A DNA stretch of 64,000 nt from Eledone cirrhosa (lineage: Eukaryota): positions 332,692,001 to 332,756,000 of the forward strand of contig OZ024741.1 of NCBI GenBank assembly GCA_964016885.1, in the 5' to 3' direction. Under the pieces are notes generated by a model. It saw nothing but the letters and a program-made list of their open reading frames with translations, did no database searches and had not been told where the DNA came from. Position numbers and translations under genes: made by a program. This document shows positions 14,135 through 27,159 of the stretch, one piece after another (the stretch's first letter is position 1; every line of letters begins with the position of its first letter).

Positions 14135-14435
14135 TTAATGTCCATTTTCCATGCTTGCGTAGGTTAGACAGACTGTCACGTTATGAGACAAGTCAGGTCT
14201 GGAGACCACATCAGGTTCATATGGATCTGTATTTTGGCTTGGTTATTCTTATTTATTCATAGTAGATGCTTTTCCACATGGTGTGTATTCGCAGTGTGTC
14301 ACATTGGGCAAGTATCTTCTATATATAGCCTTGTGTTGTCTGTCTTGTGAACAAAATTTGGTTGACAGAAGCTGTGCAAAAGCTCATCACACACACAAAC
14401 ATAAAGATATATATATATATATATATATATAATTA

Positions 14436-15498
14436 GGTACAATAAGTAGCAGCAAGTGCCCCCAGAATACTAGCTCATTCCATTGCACAGATGGTTCTAT
14501 AGAAATAGTGGACACCTTCCATTACCTGGGTGACAAAATCAGCAGTGGTGGAGCGTGCTCTGAAAGTACAGTAGCTAGAGTTAGAACGGGATGGAAAAAG
14601 TTCAGAGAGCTTATACCACTATTGCCTGCTAAAGGGTTCTCTCTAAAAATGAAAGGCAGGCTGTATGATGCCTGCATACGAACACACAATGAAAATATAT
14701 ATATATATGTATACGAACAGCAATGTTACATGGCAGTGAGACATGGGCATTGTGTGCAGAGGACCTGCGCAGACTGGAGAGGAACGACGCTTGCATGCTC
14801 CGCTGGATGTGTAATAGTAATATACATGAACGGCAAAGCATAAACGAACTAAGGGAGAAATTAGGAATAAGAGGGATCAGATGTTGTTTACTCGAGAGAA
14901 GACTACGTTGGTACGGTCACGTGATGCGCATGAAAGACGCATGAAAAGTGCAGGGCGATAAAAATAGACAGTATCCACGGAGTAGGCAGACCCAGAAAAA
15001 CCTGGGACGACTTGATAAATTCCGACCTCACACACTTACACCTCTCCAAGACAATGTCACTGGACCGAGATCTTTGGCGCTACACAGTAATACAGAAGAC
15101 CCGCCTTACCTAAGTACAATGTGAAACCTACTACAGTCAGTAGGCATCACTAACAAAAATACACCCCCGTCCCACTACCCCCACCCCATCCACACCACCC
15201 CTTCAATGTAAAGTTATGTTGGTACCACAACATCCAGTCCGAAATAAATGAGGTCGTATAGGTGTCACGACAAAAAAACACAGTCGACGCTGTAATGTGG
15301 CCGTGTAGGTAACACGGTAAAAACCTCCCAGTCCACACTGTAAACGTGGTTGGTGTTAGGAAGAGCATCCAGCCGTAGAAAACCCGCCAGACAGTCCTAT
15401 GCGAGCAAGATAACCAATCTTGCCTCAAGTGGGAAAATTCCCGTCCAAACCCATGCAAGCATGGAAGATGGACGTTAAACTATGATAATGATGATGAT
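14436..15498 (+). mobile_element. 5'-truncated RTE LINE (family 2) with a foreign patch at 14685-14710
   Basis: FHYLGDKISSGG...GWKKFREL...RRLRWYGHV; 3'UTR; (GAT)n tail. Confidence 0.9.
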
Positions 15499-15640
15499 AA
15501 TTAAAAGTTTAACAAGGTTCAACGAATTCATCAATGATTAAAGTTCCACAATAGATTAGAAGCCCTCTACAGGTGGTTTTGTGGAGTTATTAATATTAGT
15601 TCAAAATATTAATAAATATAGACATTCATGTGATCAAATA

Positions 15641-15706
15641 TATTTTATTATACACATTTCAGAGGTACTGAGCTATTTCAACAGTACGTCCTCATCAGAT
15701 AAAATA
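15641..15706 (-). ncRNA. Type-I hammerhead ribozyme in PLE terminal repeat
   Basis: TATTTTAT-CTGATGA-GGACGTACT...AGTACCTCT-GAAA-TGTGTA-TA-ATAAAATA: 8-bp stem I and intact core. Confidence 0.75.
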
Positions 15707-16080
15707 AGTTGATGCCTGATATACCTTGACTATGTTGATGGTTATGATTTAGTCATGGCAGTGATTAGTTATGACAAAACCCGATATTTATATACCTTAA
15801 GTTGAAACATGAAAAATTACATATAATACAGAGGGTGTGTATGAGAATGTGTATAAAGATATATAAATAACTAATAATATATAATACATAAACTTATATA
15901 ACTGCTAAAAATTTAAATAATAATGATATATATTTATACCTCATTATTGTAGATAGTGAAAGTGAGAGATCGAGATAGCAAATCATGAGGAAAGAGAGAA
16001 AAAGAAGATTTGATCGAGGGAACAAGAGAAGGGAGAAATGATCAAATGATAGAGAGAGAAAAATAAGTTAAATCATATAA

Positions 16081-17473
16081 AATTTAGCGTACAGGTTGGG
16101 GTCCACCAGGGCTCTGTTCTTAGCCCCCTCCTGTTTATCATAGTCCTGCAGGCAATAACGGAGGAGTTTAAGACCGGATGCCCATGGGAACTCCTGTATG
16201 CTGATGACCTCGCACTTATAGCTGAATCTATGGTAGAACTAGAGAAGAAATTCCAAACTTGGAAGCAGGGACTAGAAAGAAAGGGTCTCAAAGTCAACAT
16301 GACAAAGACTAAGGTCCTTGTAAGTAGACGAGAAAACAGAACCCAGATCCCCTCAGGGAAATGGCCTTGCTCAGTATGTAGGAAAGGTGTAGGTAGGAAC
16401 TCCATTCTCTGCCCCAAATGCAAACAATGGGTACACAAGAGATGTAGTGGGATCTCAGGAAGCTTAATTAAGAATGTAGGCTTCACATGCAGCAGCTGTG
16501 CTGGGACAGCAAGCAGCAAACAGCCACAGGAAACAAGTACCACCAATCTCTGGGAGGGCTCTGTAGAAACGGTAGACAGCTTCTGCTACCTAGGTGACCG
16601 AATTAGCAGCGGAGGTGGGTGTTCAGAAAGTACAATAACTAGGATAAGAACGGGATGGAAGAAGTTTAGGGAATTACTACCACTGCTAGCTGCAAAAGGC
16701 TTCTCCCTCAGAATGAAAGGCAGACTGTATGATGCGTGTATCCGAACAGCAATGTTGCATGGTAGTGAGACCTGGGCGCTGAAGGTGGAAGACTTACGTA
16801 GATTAGAGAGAAACGAAGTCTGCATGCTCCGATGGATGTGTAACAGTAATATACGTGAACGACAAAGCATAAATGAATTGAGAGAGAGACTGAGCATAAG
16901 AGGAATCAAATGCTGTGTGCAGGAGAGGCGGTTGCGCTGGTATGGACATGTGATGCGTATGAAGGATGACAGCTGCATAAAAAGGTGCAGAGCACTAGAA
17001 GTTGATGGAAACCGCGGAGTGGGGAGACCCAAGATGACCTGGGATGAGGTGATAAAAGCTGACCTTACCCAATTACACCTCTCAAAGGTAATGACACACG
17101 ACCGTGACCTCTGGCGTCACGCAGTAATACAGAATACCCGACCTCCCATGGGTACAAGCTGAAGCATATAGACAATATGCCCCCACACCCTCCCACCGCA
17201 AGGTGGTCGTGGAGGTGCCACGGCAAAAAAGCACCCAGCCCACACTGTAAAGTGGACGTGTAGGCGCCACGAAAAAGCACCCAGCACTCACTGTAAATGA
17301 GGTTGGTGTTAGGAAGGGCATCCAGCTGTAGAAATCAAGCCAAATCAGTTCCTGTATGAGCAAGGCATGGTCAGCCGACCAGACACTGCCCACAACAGGA
17401 CAATCCGTCTAACCCATGCTAGCGTGGAAGAACGGACGTAAAACGGTGATGATCATGATGATGATGATGATGA
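16081..17473 (+). mobile_element. 5'-truncated RTE LINE (family 1)
   Basis: Open frame through GVHQGSVLSPLLF, YADD, a Cys/His finger and the C-terminus (ORF 16230-17162); 3'UTR; (GAT)n tail. Confidence 0.95.
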
Positions 17474-18349
17474 AACAAAGGGAGGGAGATATGCATTGTA
17501 ATATATAAATAGCGTATAATTAGATAGGGGGGTGGATATTTAGGCATATGATGCGTGACCGTTTATTTTCAAATCTTAAGTTAATTAGAAATAGTCAATT
17601 AATCAAATGACATAAGATTTTAGACTATAAAATTTTAAAGGATTTATATTATTGTATTATATCAGAGTTCAAGCAAATGTAACGTGAAAGAGATAAATTT
17701 ATGTTTACCATAACTCCAAAGGTAATCACAAGTATATTTAAAAGTATATTAAAATTAAGAATATAATCAATATATTAGTAAAAAAACATTAAAATTAAGA
17801 TGTTATTAATAAGCCATAAAGCATTATAAATGTATTTTATAAGATATTATTAAACCAAATTTATATAGATATACACATTGTATAATTTATATATAAACTA
17901 TAAATTTTAAGGTTTAAGACGATATTAGTCACTTATATATAGTATAATTACTGTCAAGAGTGTTATAAATTTGATTCAACTAGATTTTACTGTATTTAAA
18001 ATTTTACATCAATTTAAGTACAAAAAAATGTTATCAACTTGGATCTAAGGAGACTTTTATACTATAAATGTATAATCATATCCTCGTGAATCGTAAACAA
18101 CCTTTCAAAGAAATTAAACAGTTTACAAGCCTGAATACATTAAAGGTATCAAATATATAAGATATAAGATTTAGAAAATACAAAAACCAAAAACAATCTA
18201 CAGGTCATACGTACTCAACAAGAGATCAGGTTAACACTTTCAATGTTAAGGTAGAAACCCTTAATCTAATATTAATAATAGAATAAATAATAAAAGCATT
18301 ACAAGAATTTTTAATCTGAGGCAATATTGTTTCACGCTCAGAGTTATTA

Positions 18350-19120
18350 ATAAACGTCTAAATCATTTCACATTTATTCAATGTTTTTTCCTGATTTTTT
18401 GTGAAGCTTGGAATGTAGATGTAGCTTTGTGCAAACAATTTGAGAATAATTCACTTTTTTGTTAATTACTTATCATAATTAGTAATTATTAATAGGGTCT
18501 CCATATCGCAAAAATTGCAGTTAGGTGATACTGAGGAATTTACGTAGACTTGGCTATTACAAAGTTTTGACCAAAATATTGAGTACTCTAAATTTTTGTA
18601 TTTTAAGTACCATATGAGTTATGATAAAGAGGTAGAGAATTTCTTATCCGGATTCGAAAAAGAGTGTTTGTGATTCGAATATCTTAATTTAAAGCTCGAT
18701 GAAGTTGCACCTATATAGTTGTAGGTGATGTTATTTGCTTTAACGGTACATTTATAAACTAAGTTCTTATCAAGACAGTTATTTTGCAGAGGGCAATTCG
18801 ATCTATTTCTACAGTTACATTTCGATTTACTGTTATTATTATAATTTAAACTGTACACGTTATCATTGCTAATAGCTGGAAGTGTTCTGTTGTGAGTGCT
18901 TAAATTAATGTTATTGTTATTCACAGTATCAATATTATTGCTAATGTTAATATTGCCATTATCCCTAATTGTTTGTTGGTTATGATTAAGAATTCTACTA
19001 TTTATTTTTGCAATGTTCTGAGCCATATTCATAGTTGTAGAATAAGATAGCTTAATTGTGTGTCTATTGAATATAGAATGGTATTTATGTGTACTGGGAA
19101 AGCATTTATCTAAAGCTTTA
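18350..19120 (-). pseudogene. PLE ORF C-terminal part (linker, Cys motif, GIY-YIG endonuclease), with an in-frame stop at 18619
   Basis: VYKC..YIG..FKLRYSNH motif. Confidence 0.8.
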
Positions 19121-19291
19121 AAGAATCACTGCCATGACTAAATTATAACCATCAACATAGTCAAGGTATGTCAGGCATCAACTTATTTTATCTGATGAGG
19201 ACGTACTGTTGAAATAGCTCAGTACCTCTGAAATATGTACAATAAAATATATTTGATCACATGAATGTCTATATTTATTAATATTTTGAAG

Positions 19292-19340
<49 letters not shown>

Positions 19341-19745
19341 TATATTCACACATTCTTGTACACATGAATATATCCGCATTATGGGTTAAATGATGATGAT
19401 GATGAATAGGTGAGAGGGTAAGATTGTCTGTCTTGTGAACAAAATTTGGTTGACAGAAGCTGTGCAAAAGCTCATCACACACACAAACACACACACTGAC
19501 ACACACATGATTTTGTGTGTCCCCATGTGTCCCTGGTTATGCCCCATAACCTAGCAGTTTGACAAAAAGAAATCGATGAAATTAGCACCAGATTGAAAAA
19601 AGCAAAATAAGTCCAAGGGTTGATCTGAACAAGTAAATGCCTTCAAGGCAATGCCGTATCATCATTGGAACCAGTAATAGAATAAAAGAATTATATTTTA
19701 AAATGGAAATAATCAGGAATTTTAATTTTTTTAGTCAAAAATCAT

Positions 19746-19802
<57 letters not shown>

Positions 19803-20261
19803 AAAAAGTATTTGATGGAAAAGCTGAATTTTTTTGTTTTTTCAAGATGGCGAAATAATATAGATAGCATAGAATTGGTTAACTTTTTAACGTTATTTTG
19901 CTAATTGGGAGTATTGTTGCAAATGAGTCACCATCATTTCAGAGTTCTCAATGTGATTATATGAAGCCAAGCATATCTTCTATGGTTCAATGGTTTACCA
20001 ATAAAGCTCCCCACCCCACCACTCTCTCTCCTTAATCACTAGTCCACAGAGTTTAATGATTTTTTTTTCTGCATCAAACTATACAAAATGGAATGCTAAA
20101 TTCTCTAAGGATTAAGATAACACCAATAAAAATTGGTTTTGACTGGGGCTTAATTTAATGAGAGCTTTATATTCTTCTTCTTCTTCTTCTTCTTCTTCTT
20201 CTCCTCCAATATGAATTAAAGAAATCGTTCAACTCTTACATTGTTTTTCTTAGTTTATTTT

Positions 20262-20370
<109 letters not shown>

Positions 20371-21037
20371 GTGTGTATGTGTATTCTGATGACTCTGTGA
20401 TAAGGAGGTGAAACTCCAGAGTAGCAAGACTCACAATTTAACCATAACAAAAGGAATATATGTGTGTGTGTTTGTGCGCGTGTGTGTGTGTGCGTGCGTG
20501 TGTGCGTGTGTGTGTGTGTGTGTGCATGTGTGTGTGTGTGTGTGTGGGCGTGTGTGTACTTTTACTTTTTCTTAACAAAACCTAATTTTATTTCATCATC
20601 ATCATCATCATCATCTTATTTATTTTATTTATTCATTTTTTAACGAAGTAAAGGGATTAAATGTCAGAAATAGTTTTTCAGGGGTCTCATGATCCCTTGC
20701 CTTGACACTGTTACAGGTCATGGAAGTAATTTGTCAAGAACAATTAGAAAATGTGCTATTTATTGCAGATGATTTGATTAGTTCATCAAATCTATCGTGT
20801 TATAAGATGGAGGCTTTAAAATGAATCGTGATTAAGAGGTTAATTCATTAAGACTTATAAAACCAAAAAAAAAAAAAGAAAGAAGACTTCGTTAATCACA
20901 TTTATTTTTCCATTTTAAATGCTTGAAATTATCCTAGCTACTCATTGAATTTTGGTGTATTCATTCCAAATTTAGAGAGGAATGTACAAATGTTTGAACA
21001 AACCAACTACCTCACCATGACTACAAAGAAGAAGGTT

Positions 21038-21553
21038 TAACCCTTTTGTTACCAATCCTGCCAAACTGGCTCTGGTTCTATAATACAAAACCACCCATTT
21101 TAAATGGTTTCAATTTAAATTAAATTCTTCCAACATAATTTCATATAAGAACCTTACATTAAGTTATATCTTAGTAATAAAATAATTGATTATTTTAGTA
21201 AATCCCTCAAAATACTTCATTAACCCTTTTGATACTAACACAACCAAAACCAGTTGTGGTTTTCGATGGAAACCCCCCACCCCACCATTTTAAAGGGTTT
21301 CTATTTAAATAAAAATCTTCCAACATAATTTTATATAAGAACCTTACATTAAGTTACTATCTTAGAAGTTACTATCACAAAAATATTAAAGTGCTTATAT
21401 TAAAAACATTTTAACATAATTTATATAAGAATTATGTTCAGTTCATATCTTAGTAATGAAGTAATTAATAATTTTAGAAAATCCCTTAAATTCTTCATTA
21501 ATTAATTGAAATAGAATGTATTTCATTAGAAATATGGTCACAAAAGGCTTAAC
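21038..21553 (+). mobile_element. Old TTAA-bounded AT-rich repeat (TTAACCCTTT...AAAGG.TTAA); related arrays at ~38795-39630 and ~51535-52230 (-)
   Basis: Shared motifs cataattttatataagaacct and ttcattagaaatatggtaac. Confidence 0.55.
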
Positions 21554-22926
21554 CCAGTGTGGTTCTCTTTGTTTTATTCAATTCTCAGTTGCTATAACAA
21601 CTGACTAAGTTTCAATTGAATTTTTCACTTAAGTATTTATTTAATCTTAACAATATTTGTGTTTGAAAACTGTTAGATTCCTAAAATGTTTTGAATCCTG
21701 GCTAATTCTAGAGATAGCATAAGAGGAATTCAGTGTTGTGTGCAAAAAAAATTGTTCTGGTATGGACATGTGAAGCATATGATTGATGATTAATGGATAA
21801 AGAAGTGATAGGGGTTCCAAGTGGAAGGGAGATGTGGTAGAGGTAGACCAAGTATGACATAGAAATAATAGTTTCTGATTTAGGGAACATGGCCAGTAAT
21901 TATGGGGGAGGGAAAAGTCAATTAAATTGACTCCAGTGCATTACTGGTACTTTATTTTATCGACCCCATAAGGATGAAAAGCAAAGCTAACTTCAACAGG
22001 GTTTGAATACTGCCAATCCACTGCTTTTCTATAGAAATAGGAAAAGCTGATCTCATGATGTTGAACCTCATGAAGGAGATGATGAAGGAAAGAGAAAAAT
22101 GGAAAGATGCTGCTGTACCAAGTGGACAGAAGATTTGTTAGGAAGATGGGTATTTGATAAGAAATATGATAGTGAAAGGTTCACAGTTTTAAGATTAGGA
22201 GTACAAAAGGCACATCAAGACTAAAGGAAATTAGGTAACAAATGTATTGATGCAATTAAACATACAATGATGACACCTAGATATAGGTTAGCTCTACAAT
22301 ATGCATCCTTTCTCCTAATTATGTGTCCCAATCTCTCCAAATAAAATAATTTTAACATACTGTATGGTAAGTTGACAAAACTAGTTTTTAACTTTTCTTG
22401 CTTTGACCATACTTAGAAAATTACTAAGCCTGTATTTTCTACTACACCATCCATACACCTCCATACAACTGTCTCCACCACTTTGGATATTTCCCCAGCA
22501 CAGGGATTTATTTATTGAATTCAAGAAATTATTATATTCAAATTTGTATAAATTTGTAACCTTTTAAGGTTCAGTAATGTGCCTTTCTGAGACATGTCCT
22601 TGGTGGCTGCCTAGTTTACCTGAGTGGTAGCAGCAGCCCTGATTGCATAGACAAACCATTAGCAAGCATCATCATCACCATTCAACACTGGAAGTTTAAC
22701 ATTTGGTTATTGTTAGTAAACAATACCATCTAAAATAATGGCAATAGCATTGAATGTATTTAATTTTTGGAGTCCAGGATTGTTATGCCAGAATTACTCT
22801 ATATGAACAATCATAAAAACTTTGAAATTTGGATTTTGATAAATTAGAAATCCTATAGTTTATGTTGATTATTGACATGCGAAAGTGATTAAAGATAAAA
22901 ATTAGATTTTAATAATTTATTTATAG

Positions 22927-23241
22927 CAGCGGTTACCAACCGGTAGTCTGCAAGAAAATTTTGGTGGTCAAAAAATTTGGATATTATTTGAAATTTTTAT
23001 GTTTTATTAATAATGTAATTACTTATATGATTACATAAGCATTTATAATTTTGTTATAATTAAATGAGCATTTATAATTTTGTTATATTTAATAGGTGCA
23101 TTTCATATTAATGAAATGAAAGTTCTCTGATCATTATTTTACAAATGTATTTATCTTTAAAAAAAAATTCATATTAGTGGTCTGCAGAATTTAAATTATG
23201 AATTTAGTGGTCTGTAAGGTCTGAAAGGTTGGCGACCACTG
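22927..23241. mobile_element. hAT (Charlie-like) non-autonomous transposon
   Basis: Ends CAGCGGTTACCAACC / GGTTGGCGACCACTG, with a perfect 8-bp TSD ATTTATAG. Confidence 0.9.
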
Positions 23242-23784
23242 ATTTATAGGATATAATTACATTAACGTTCATACAAGATTATATGTATGAGTAACTTTGG
23301 AGAAATAACTATATACAGAGACAAATGAAGGATTGGAAAGTGAACTTCTGGTTGCAGCCACATGTCGAATGTAAAAAGACAAGACAAGAGGCAAACACAC
23401 AGACACAGTTCCTGTACTGACTGCATCACTATTTAATTCACCAATAATTCAAAGAATTATTTCCCTTTACTTCACACCTCTCCTGTTTAACTTTAAATCG
23501 TTAAACAAAGAAACATTACACACGTCATATATACAGTTTGCACCTTAAAAACATCAGTATCATCATCATCATCATCACCAAGAACCACTTCTACCACTTC
23601 CTTCATCAACCAACACTATTATCACCACTACTTCTTTCCTTCTCTCTTTCCCTCTTTATTGAAGGAAATACTTCATCTCGCTCTCTCTCTGAAAGGGTAT
23701 GTCTGCATCTCTCTCTTCTTCTGTCTCTCTCTTTCTATCTCAAATGGTATTTCTCTGCCTCTCTTTCTCTCTCTTTATTAAAAG

Positions 23785-23870
23785 TCATCATCATCATCAT
23801 CATCACCGTTTTACGTCCGTTCTTCCATGCTAGCATGTGTTAGACGGGTTGTCCTGTTGTGGGCAGTGTC
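23785..23870 (-). mobile_element. RTE family 1 extreme 3' end
   Basis: Matches the 42231-42316 tail sequence. Confidence 0.85.
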
Positions 23871-23959
23871 TTTACCACTTTCATCTAAGAAACAATAATC
23901 CATTATAGGGCTTACAAAAGTGTCTTCCTCAATCTGACCTTCTCTTTTTTGAATGGAAG

Positions 23960-24036
<77 letters not shown>

Positions 24037-24269
24037 TCTCTCTCCAGTCATATTCCTATTACATTGCTATTGTTTTTATACTAAAACTTCACTGGACCTG
24101 ATGGAATTTTTGATCAGTTTCAACAATTATAAGAAAATGTCAATGTTCTAGCTAGCAGATAACAGATAGAAGATAAGGGCCGAAACACTTGCACAAGGAG
24201 GGTGTGTGTGTGGCGGGGGCGGGGGGGGGGGTCTTCTCTGCACATATAATATAAGTATATATATATATG

Positions 24270-24458
24270 CACTTGTCGTCACATGGTACCATGGGCCCAG
24301 CACTATGTGTCAATAATTGTCACAAGTGTAGTGTTTGTACCAGAGTTTTCAAGTCGCTGGCTGGACTAAAAAGTCACACTCGTTCAGCGCATCGGTAGGG
24401 GTTCTCCTACATGGATATAAAGTAGTGGTCGTACTCGAAAACGAGTTGGCAGCCACCA
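24270..24458 (+). mobile_element. 3' fragment of a BovB-like RTE (family 4) with C-terminal C2H2 zinc finger
   Basis: 24321-24398 encodes HKCSVCTRVFKSLAGLKSHTRSAHR*. A 3' stem-loop CTCG-AAAA-CGAG precedes (TA)n. A related 3' end lies at ~4362-4410 (-). Confidence 0.7.
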
Positions 24459-24468
24459 TATATATATA

Positions 24469-24795
24469 TGCAGAGGTTATATTTAATTTGTTGGGATTCA
24501 ACAAGCTTAAACATTTTTATAACTGATATAAAGCACTCAACAATTAGTGGAGTAAGTACACAATATATTAATAAATGGAAACTATATTTATAAAACCATA
24601 TTTATTTTATTATATATATTTCAAGGGCAACCAAGGCAAATTATGGTGTGCTTTCATCAGATAAATTTATTTATAAAACAAATCTGTATTTTATCTGATG
24701 AAAGCGCACCATAATTTGCCTTGGTTGCCCTTGAAATATATATAATAAAATAAATATGGTTTTATAAATATAGTTTCCATTTATTAATATATTGT
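24469..24795. mobile_element. Asymmetric fold-back element (family C) with hammerheads in both arms
   Basis: Arms 24560-24665 / 24690-24795 and a ~90-nt tail (24469-24559); distantly similar to family B. Confidence 0.8.
24687..24752 (+). ncRNA. Type-I hammerhead ribozyme
   Basis: TATTTTAT-CTGATGA-AAGCGCACCA...TGGTTGCCCTT-GAAA-TATATA-TA-ATAAAATA: perfect 8-bp stem I and palindromic stem III. Confidence 0.75.
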
Positions 24796-25912
24796 ATCAT
24801 CATCATCATCATCATCGTTTAACGTCCATGTTCCATGCTTGCATGGGTTTGGACGGGAGTTTTCCCACTTGAGGCAAGAGTGGTTGTCTTGCTCGCATAG
24901 GAATATCTGGCGGGTTTTCTACAACTGGATGCCCTTCCAAACACCAACCACATTTACAGTGTGGGACTGGGAGGTTTTTACCGTGTTGCCTACACGGCCA
25001 CATTACAGCGTGGACTGTGTGTTTTTTTGTCGAGACACCTACACGATCTCATTTGTTTTGGCCTGGATGTTGTGGCACCAACATAACTTTACATTGAAAG
25101 GGGCGGTGTGGATGGGGTGGGACGGGTGTGTGCTTTGTTAGAGATGCCTACTGACTGTAGTAGGTTTTACTTTGTATTCAGGTAAGGCGGGTCTTCTCTA
25201 TTACTGTGTACCGCCAAAGATCTCGGTCCAGTGACATTGTCTTGGAGAGGTGTAAGTGTGTGAGGTCGGAATTTATCAGGTCATCCCAGGTTTTTCTGGG
25301 TCTGCCTACTCCGTGGCTACCGTCTATCTTTATTGCCCTGCACTTTTTTATACAGCTGTCGTCTTTCATGCGCATCACATGACCGTACCAACGTAGCCTT
25401 CTCTCGACTAAACAGCATCTGATCCCTCTTATTTCTAATTTTTCCCATAGTTCGTTTATGCTTTGCCGTTCGCATATATTACTATTACACATCCAGCAGA
25501 GCATGCAAGCTTCGTTCCTCTCTAGTCTGCGTATATCCTCTGCACACAATGCCCAGGTCTCACTGCCATGCAACATTGCTGTTCGTATGCAGGCATCATA
25601 CAGCCTGCCTTTCATTTTTAGGGAGAACCCTTTAGCGGCTAATAGTGGTATAAGCTCTCTGAACTTTTTCCATCCAGTTCTGACTCTAGCTACTGTACTT
25701 TCAGAGCACCCTCCTCCACTGCTGATTTTGTCACCCAGGTAACGGAAGCTGTCCACTATTTCTATAGAACCCTCTGCGCAATTGAAAGAGCTAGTATTTT
25801 GTGGGCACTTGCTGCTACTTATTGCACCAGAGCACCAGCCACATGTAAAATCTATGTTCTTAGTTAGCTTACCTGTGATCCCACTACATCTTTTATGCAC
25901 CCATACTTTGCA
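24796..25912 (-). mobile_element. 5'-truncated RTE LINE (family 2)
   Basis: ORF 25178-25900; 3'UTR; (CAT)n on the plus strand; 5' end in (TA)n. Confidence 0.95.
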
Positions 25913-25934
25913 TATATATATATATATATATATT

Positions 25935-26231
<297 letters not shown>

Positions 26232-26239
26232 TATATATA

Positions 26240-26352
26240 ACAAAGGAGGTGGGGTAAGATACCAGGTGGACCATAACACACCAGAATACTTGATACTTAG
26301 GGTAATAGGAAAAGAGTCACGACCCCGACGGCTGAGCTCCAGCTGTTTCCTG
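26240..26352 (-). mobile_element. Family D tail plus arm fragment
   Basis: Homologous to 41955-42073. Confidence 0.65.
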
Positions 26353-26356
26353 TATA

Positions 26357-27154
26357 TCATCATCATCATCATCATCATCATCATCGCTAGCATGGGTTAG
26401 ATGGGAGTTGTCCCACTTGAGGCAAGATTGGTCGGGTGACCGTGTCTCGCTCGGCAGGTTTTCTATGGCTAGATGCCCTTCCTAACACCAACCACATTTA
26501 CAGTATGGACTGGGAACTTTTTACCATGTTACCTACATGACCACATTACAGCATGGACTGTGTGTTTTTTTTGTCATGACACCTACATGATCTCATTAGA
26601 TTGGACAGGTTGTTGTGGTACCAACATAACTTTATAGAGAAAGGGTGGTGTTGGCGGGAGTGAGAGGATAGAATAGGGGTAGTGAGTTGGGGGGGTATGT
26701 TTGGTTTGGAGGGGCCTACTGACTGTAGGTTAACTTTGCATGTATGGAAGGCGGGTCTTCTGTATTACTGCGTGATGCCAAAGATCTCGATGCAGTGACA
26801 TTGTCTTAGAGAGGTGTAAGTGTGCAAGGTCAGAATTTATCATGTCGTCCCAGTTTTTTCTGGGTCTACCTACTCCATAACTTACATCAATTTTGATCGC
26901 CCTGCACTTTTTTATACAGCTGTCATCTTTTATGCTCATCAAGTGACTGTACCAGCGTAGTCTTCTCTCGAGTAAACAGCATCTGATCCCTCTTATTCCT
27001 AATTTCTCACTTAGTTCATTTATGTTTTGTCGTTCGTGTATATTACTATTACACATCCAGTGGAGCATGCATGCTTCGTTCCTCTCCAGTCTGTGCAGTT
27101 CCTCTGCACACAATGCCCATGTCTCACTGCCATGTAACATTGCTGTTCGTATAC
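26357..27154 (-). mobile_element. 5'-truncated RTE LINE (family 2 variant)
   Basis: IRTAMLHGSETW...GRPRKNW; 3'UTR; (CAT)n. Confidence 0.9.
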
Positions 27155-27159
27155 ATATA

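Larger units (their letters stand above)
15499..19294 (-). mobile_element. Penelope-like element: GIY-YIG ORF fragment, long AT-rich 3'UTR, hammerhead-bearing terminal repeat and an inverted copy of it at the 5' end; interrupted by an RTE at 16081-17473
   Basis: ORF 18619-19032 reads KCNCRNRSNCPLQNNCLDKNLVYKC...YIGATSSSFKLRYSNH. Inverted repeats at 15597-15765 / 19125-19294. Confidence 0.85.

Noticed and set aside
24095-24200. Hammerhead (CTGATGG ... CCGAAACAC)
   Set aside because: Core is mutated and there is no convincing stem I or II.
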